IMG/VR virus record: IMGVR_UViG_3300044677_000062
Coordinates: 1 to 36,024 of that record
Source of the DNA: a virus
Lineage: Duplodnaviria; Caudoviricetes
Length of the DNA: 36,024 nucleotides
Direction: 5' to 3' (one strand)
In this document: positions 33,517-36,024 of the stretch, in pieces
How the letters are laid out: each line of letters starts with the position of its first letter
Position numbering within the stretch: the first letter of the stretch is position 1
The notes under the pieces: generated by a model
Told to the model about the DNA's origin: nothing
The model's database searches: none
The model's input: the letters and a program-made list of their open reading frames with translations, nothing else
Translations under genes and position numbers: made by a program

Positions 33517-33720
33517 ATGGCCGAGGACACCAAACAGCCCAGCGGGAGCGACGAGGGTCACGCGAAGCTTCCCGTCGAGGACATCCTCGCCAACGCCCGC
33601 GTGCTGACCGGCTATTCCAAGCACATCGCCGCAGGCGCGCTTCGTGATCAGGCCAACCCGATCACCGCTGCCACGGCCAAGCGCAAGGTCGAGCAGTTCG
33701 CCCAGCGGGAGATCGCATGA
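33517..33720 (+). CDS. small pre-sheath protein
   Basis: MAEDTKQ...AAGAL...AKRKVEQFAQRE; typical small gene before XkdK-type sheaths. Confidence 0.6.
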   Translation: MAEDTKQPSGSDEGHAKLPVEDILANARVLTGYSKHIAAGALRDQANPITAATAKRKVEQFAQREIA

Positions 33721-35192
33721 CCACGATCGCTCGCCCCGACAATCCGGGCACGTACATGGAGTTGGTCGGCGAATCGACCGTTCGGCCGCCCGCCAGCGTC
33801 GCCCAGACCATGGCCCTCCCGATCATCCACGACTGGGGTCCACTCGGCTCCGAGGAGGGCGCGCAACTCCTCCAGACCTTCGGCAGCTTCGACGGCGGCT
33901 TCGGCAACGGCGAAACCGCCGGGCGTGCCGCCGTCCAGGGGGGCTTCGTCGGCCCCGGCATTCCCGGCGAGCCAGCGGCCGGCGGTGTCCTCGTCTACCG
34001 GATGGCGACCTCGGCGGCCAAACGGGCGAGCGTCAAAATCAAAAACACGGCTGGCTCCCCCGAAGACGCGCTGATCCTCACCGCAGTCTACGCGGGCACG
34101 CGGGGCAACTCGATCTCCTACATCGTGGAGGCCGATCCGGTGGACGAAGCGAAGGCCCGCCTGCGGATCCTCTTCGCCAACCAGACCCAGGAGCGCTACA
34201 GCTACGCGAAAACCGACGTGACGGCCCTGGCCGCCGCGATCAATTCGCGCTCCAAGCTGGTCACCGCCGAAATGAAAGTCAGCGGGAAAACCCTGGCGAC
34301 CTCGGCGGGCACCGCGCTCACCGCCGGCAACAACGGCGAAACGCTGACGCCCACCGAGTGGGACGATGCCCTCTCCGCCTTGGAGTTCGAGGACTTCTCG
34401 ATCTTCGCGCCCTTCGACCTCACCGATGAAGGCATCACCGCCACCGTCTTCTCTTGGATCCTGACCCAAGCCGAAGAGCAGCGCCCCGTCACCGGGGTCT
34501 TCGGGGGCGCCGAGGACGAGGACCTCGCCACGGCAATCGGCCTGGTCGAGGACATCCGCGACCCGCATGTCATCCGCTTGGCCGGCGGGCTCTTCCACGA
34601 CGACTTCCTCGACGCCGACGTGTCCACCTCCCAACTCGCTCCGCGGATCGCCGGAGTGCTGGCCGGGCGCGGCGAGGAGTCCTCCCTCACCTTCGCCCCG
34701 ATCGCGGGCCTCAAACAGATCGGCACCGTCTCCATCGGTGTGGACGAGCTGGCGACCGCCGCCGAAGCGGGCCTGACCGTCTTCCGCCGCGCGTCTCGCG
34801 TCGATGCCGACCTGATCATCGCCAAAGGCGTCACGACCTTCACCGACCAGACCGACGAACACCGCCCCTACGAACTCTTCTCCGACCCGCGCATCGTCCG
34901 GGTGGCCGACCTCTTCCTGCGCCGGATGAAGACCTACGGCGACGAGAACATCGTCGGCCCGACGCGCGTCACCGAGACCACCAAGGCCGCAGTCCGCCAG
35001 CAGGGCAACAAGGAAATCAAAGCCCTGGTCGCCCGGGAGCTGATCCAGTCCGGGACCAGCGAGGCCGACAAACCCTTCTTCAACACGGTGGACGACCCAG
35101 GCGAGAACCTCCAGGACGCGATCGTCTTCGAATTCGGCTGGAAATTCGTCCGCACCACGAACTTCCTGATCGGGACCGGACGGGTGAGGTAA
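33717..35192 (+). CDS. tail sheath protein (XkdK-like)
   Basis: PGTYME, WGP, A.YAGTRGN, LTAGNNG, RIAG..AG...SLT, KGVTT, RIVRVAD. Confidence 0.88.
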   Translation: MTTIARPDNPGTYMELVGESTVRPPASVAQTMALPIIHDWGPLGSEEGAQLLQTFGSFDGGFGNGETAGRAAVQGGFVGPGIPGEPAAGGVLVYRMATSAAKRASVKIKNTAGSPEDALILTAVYAGTRGNSISYIVEADPVDEAKARLRILFANQTQERYSYAKTDVTALAAAINSRSKLVTAEMKVSGKTLATSAGTALTAGNNGETLTPTEWDDALSALEFEDFSIFAPFDLTDEGITATVFSWILTQAEEQRPVTGVFGGAEDEDLATAIGLVEDIRDPHVIRLAGGLFHDDFLDADVSTSQLAPRIAGVLAGRGEESSLTFAPIAGLKQIGTVSIGVDELATAAEAGLTVFRRASRVDADLIIAKGVTTFTDQTDEHRPYELFSDPRIVRVADLFLRRMKTYGDENIVGPTRVTETTKAAVRQQGNKEIKALVARELIQSGTSEADKPFFNTVDDPGENLQDAIVFEFGWKFVRTTNFLIGTGRVR

Positions 35193-35196
35193 CCAC

Positions 35197-35718
35197 ATGG
35201 CGCAACAGGCATACCCAGGCCCCAAGGGCAATCTGAAGCCCAAACAGCGCCGCGCCGGCCGCTCGGGCACCGTCTGGATCGCCGGGCGCATGATGGGCGA
35301 CATCGTCTCCGTCCAGTGGGACGTGGAGATCGAACAGATCCCGGTCCCAATGGCCGGCACCTGGCAGGACGGCACCAAGCCCGGCGCCGAGGCCCGCCGT
35401 GGGACCTTCCGCTTCCAGGATGTGGACGACCAGTGGCGCCGGCTGGTCTGGGGCTTCTGCCAGGCCCGCAAGCAGGGCGACCGCGCCCGCGCCGCCGAAT
35501 TCCCGGCCTTCGATGTCACCACCCAGATTGATGACGTGGGTGCCCCCGCGAAGACCCGCTGGTCGCTGCTGGAATGCCAGCTCTTCAGCTACTCGGGCGG
35601 CTTCTCCCAGGAAGACCAACTCCTCGTTCGCGACGTGCCCTTCACCTTCGATGACGACTTCCCCTTGGACTCCTTCGTCTACGGGGACTCCGGCATCACC
35701 ACCTACGAAAACGGCTGA
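35197..35718 (+). CDS. tail tube protein (XkdM-like)
   Basis: G.SGTVWI.G...V.MAG.W...K....GTF...DVPFTFDD; follows the sheath. Confidence 0.8.
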   Translation: MAQQAYPGPKGNLKPKQRRAGRSGTVWIAGRMMGDIVSVQWDVEIEQIPVPMAGTWQDGTKPGAEARRGTFRFQDVDDQWRRLVWGFCQARKQGDRARAAEFPAFDVTTQIDDVGAPAKTRWSLLECQLFSYSGGFSQEDQLLVRDVPFTFDDDFPLDSFVYGDSGITTYENG

Positions 35719-35724
35719 TCCGCC

Positions 35725-36024
35725 ATGCCGCAGGTTGACTACGCCGCGGCGTGGGTCGAGCTTCAGGCGCGGATTCTCGGGAAGACCGGGCACGGCCGGG
35801 ACGAGTTGCTCGCGATGATGGCGGAGGTTGCCGCCGAACATCGCGTACCAGAGGACCTCATGCAGAGGGCGCTTCGCCTCCAAGGCGGATCGTTGACCAT
35901 CAGATCAGTCCCCGAGACGGAGACCTCTGACCCCGGCGCGTCAAGCACCGCCGAGGTCAAGCCAGCCGATCAGGGGCCATCAAGTGAGCAAAGGAGCCAC
36001 GATGAGCGAGAGCAAGACGACGAC
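35725..36024 (+). CDS. hypothetical protein, 3' partial; another start (SD AAAGGAG, ATG 36002) may begin a tail chaperone
   Basis: MPQVDYAAAWVELQARIL..., frame open to the window end. Confidence 0.5.
   Translation, partial: MPQVDYAAAWVELQARILGKTGHGRDELLAMMAEVAAEHRVPEDLMQRALRLQGGSLTIRSVPETETSDPGASSTAEVKPADQGPSSEQRSHDEREQDDD

Noticed and set aside
33648-35522. Long minus-strand ORFs (e.g. 33648-35522, 22925-24469, 24457-25641, 10473-11621, 9407-10552)
   Set aside because: They are antisense shadows of well-supported + strand genes, expected in high-GC DNA, and show no recognisable motifs.
1-36024. tRNA, integrase, att site or transposase
   Set aside because: None recognised by eye; tRNAscan-SE and HMM searches would be needed to exclude them formally.

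Overview
The window is a segment of a high-GC tailed phage or prophage genome with all credible genes on the + strand. The high GC, TAnnnT leaderless starts and GGAGG sites suggest an actinobacterial host (inference). From 1 to about 10,860 there is a dense array of small, stop/start-coupled accessory genes, including a DUF1643 protein, a papain/transglutaminase-like protein, HTH proteins, an RNase HI and an HNH/RHH chimera. From 10,857 to 36,024 lies the morphogenesis region of a contractile-tailed phage: portal, MuF-like head protein fused to a 2H phosphoesterase, a ~5.7 kb accessory island, two likely internal head proteins, prohead protease/scaffold, decoration protein, major capsid, head-associated and neck proteins, a small cassette of two DUF6527-like genes flanking two membrane proteins, tail completion proteins, tail sheath and tail tube. 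I did not recognise a terminase, endolysin, integrase, tRNA or CRISPR array. The strongest leads are: (i) a possible protease-released virion cargo system with an Acb1-like 2H domain and L-x-E junctions; (ii) paired DUF6527-like Ser-His proteins in the neck/tail operon; (iii) a promoter-flanked structured RNA at ~19,595-19,715; (iv) a thrice-repeated promoter-like motif GCGGTTTC-N16-TAnnnT. All family assignments are by-eye motif recognition, not database searches.
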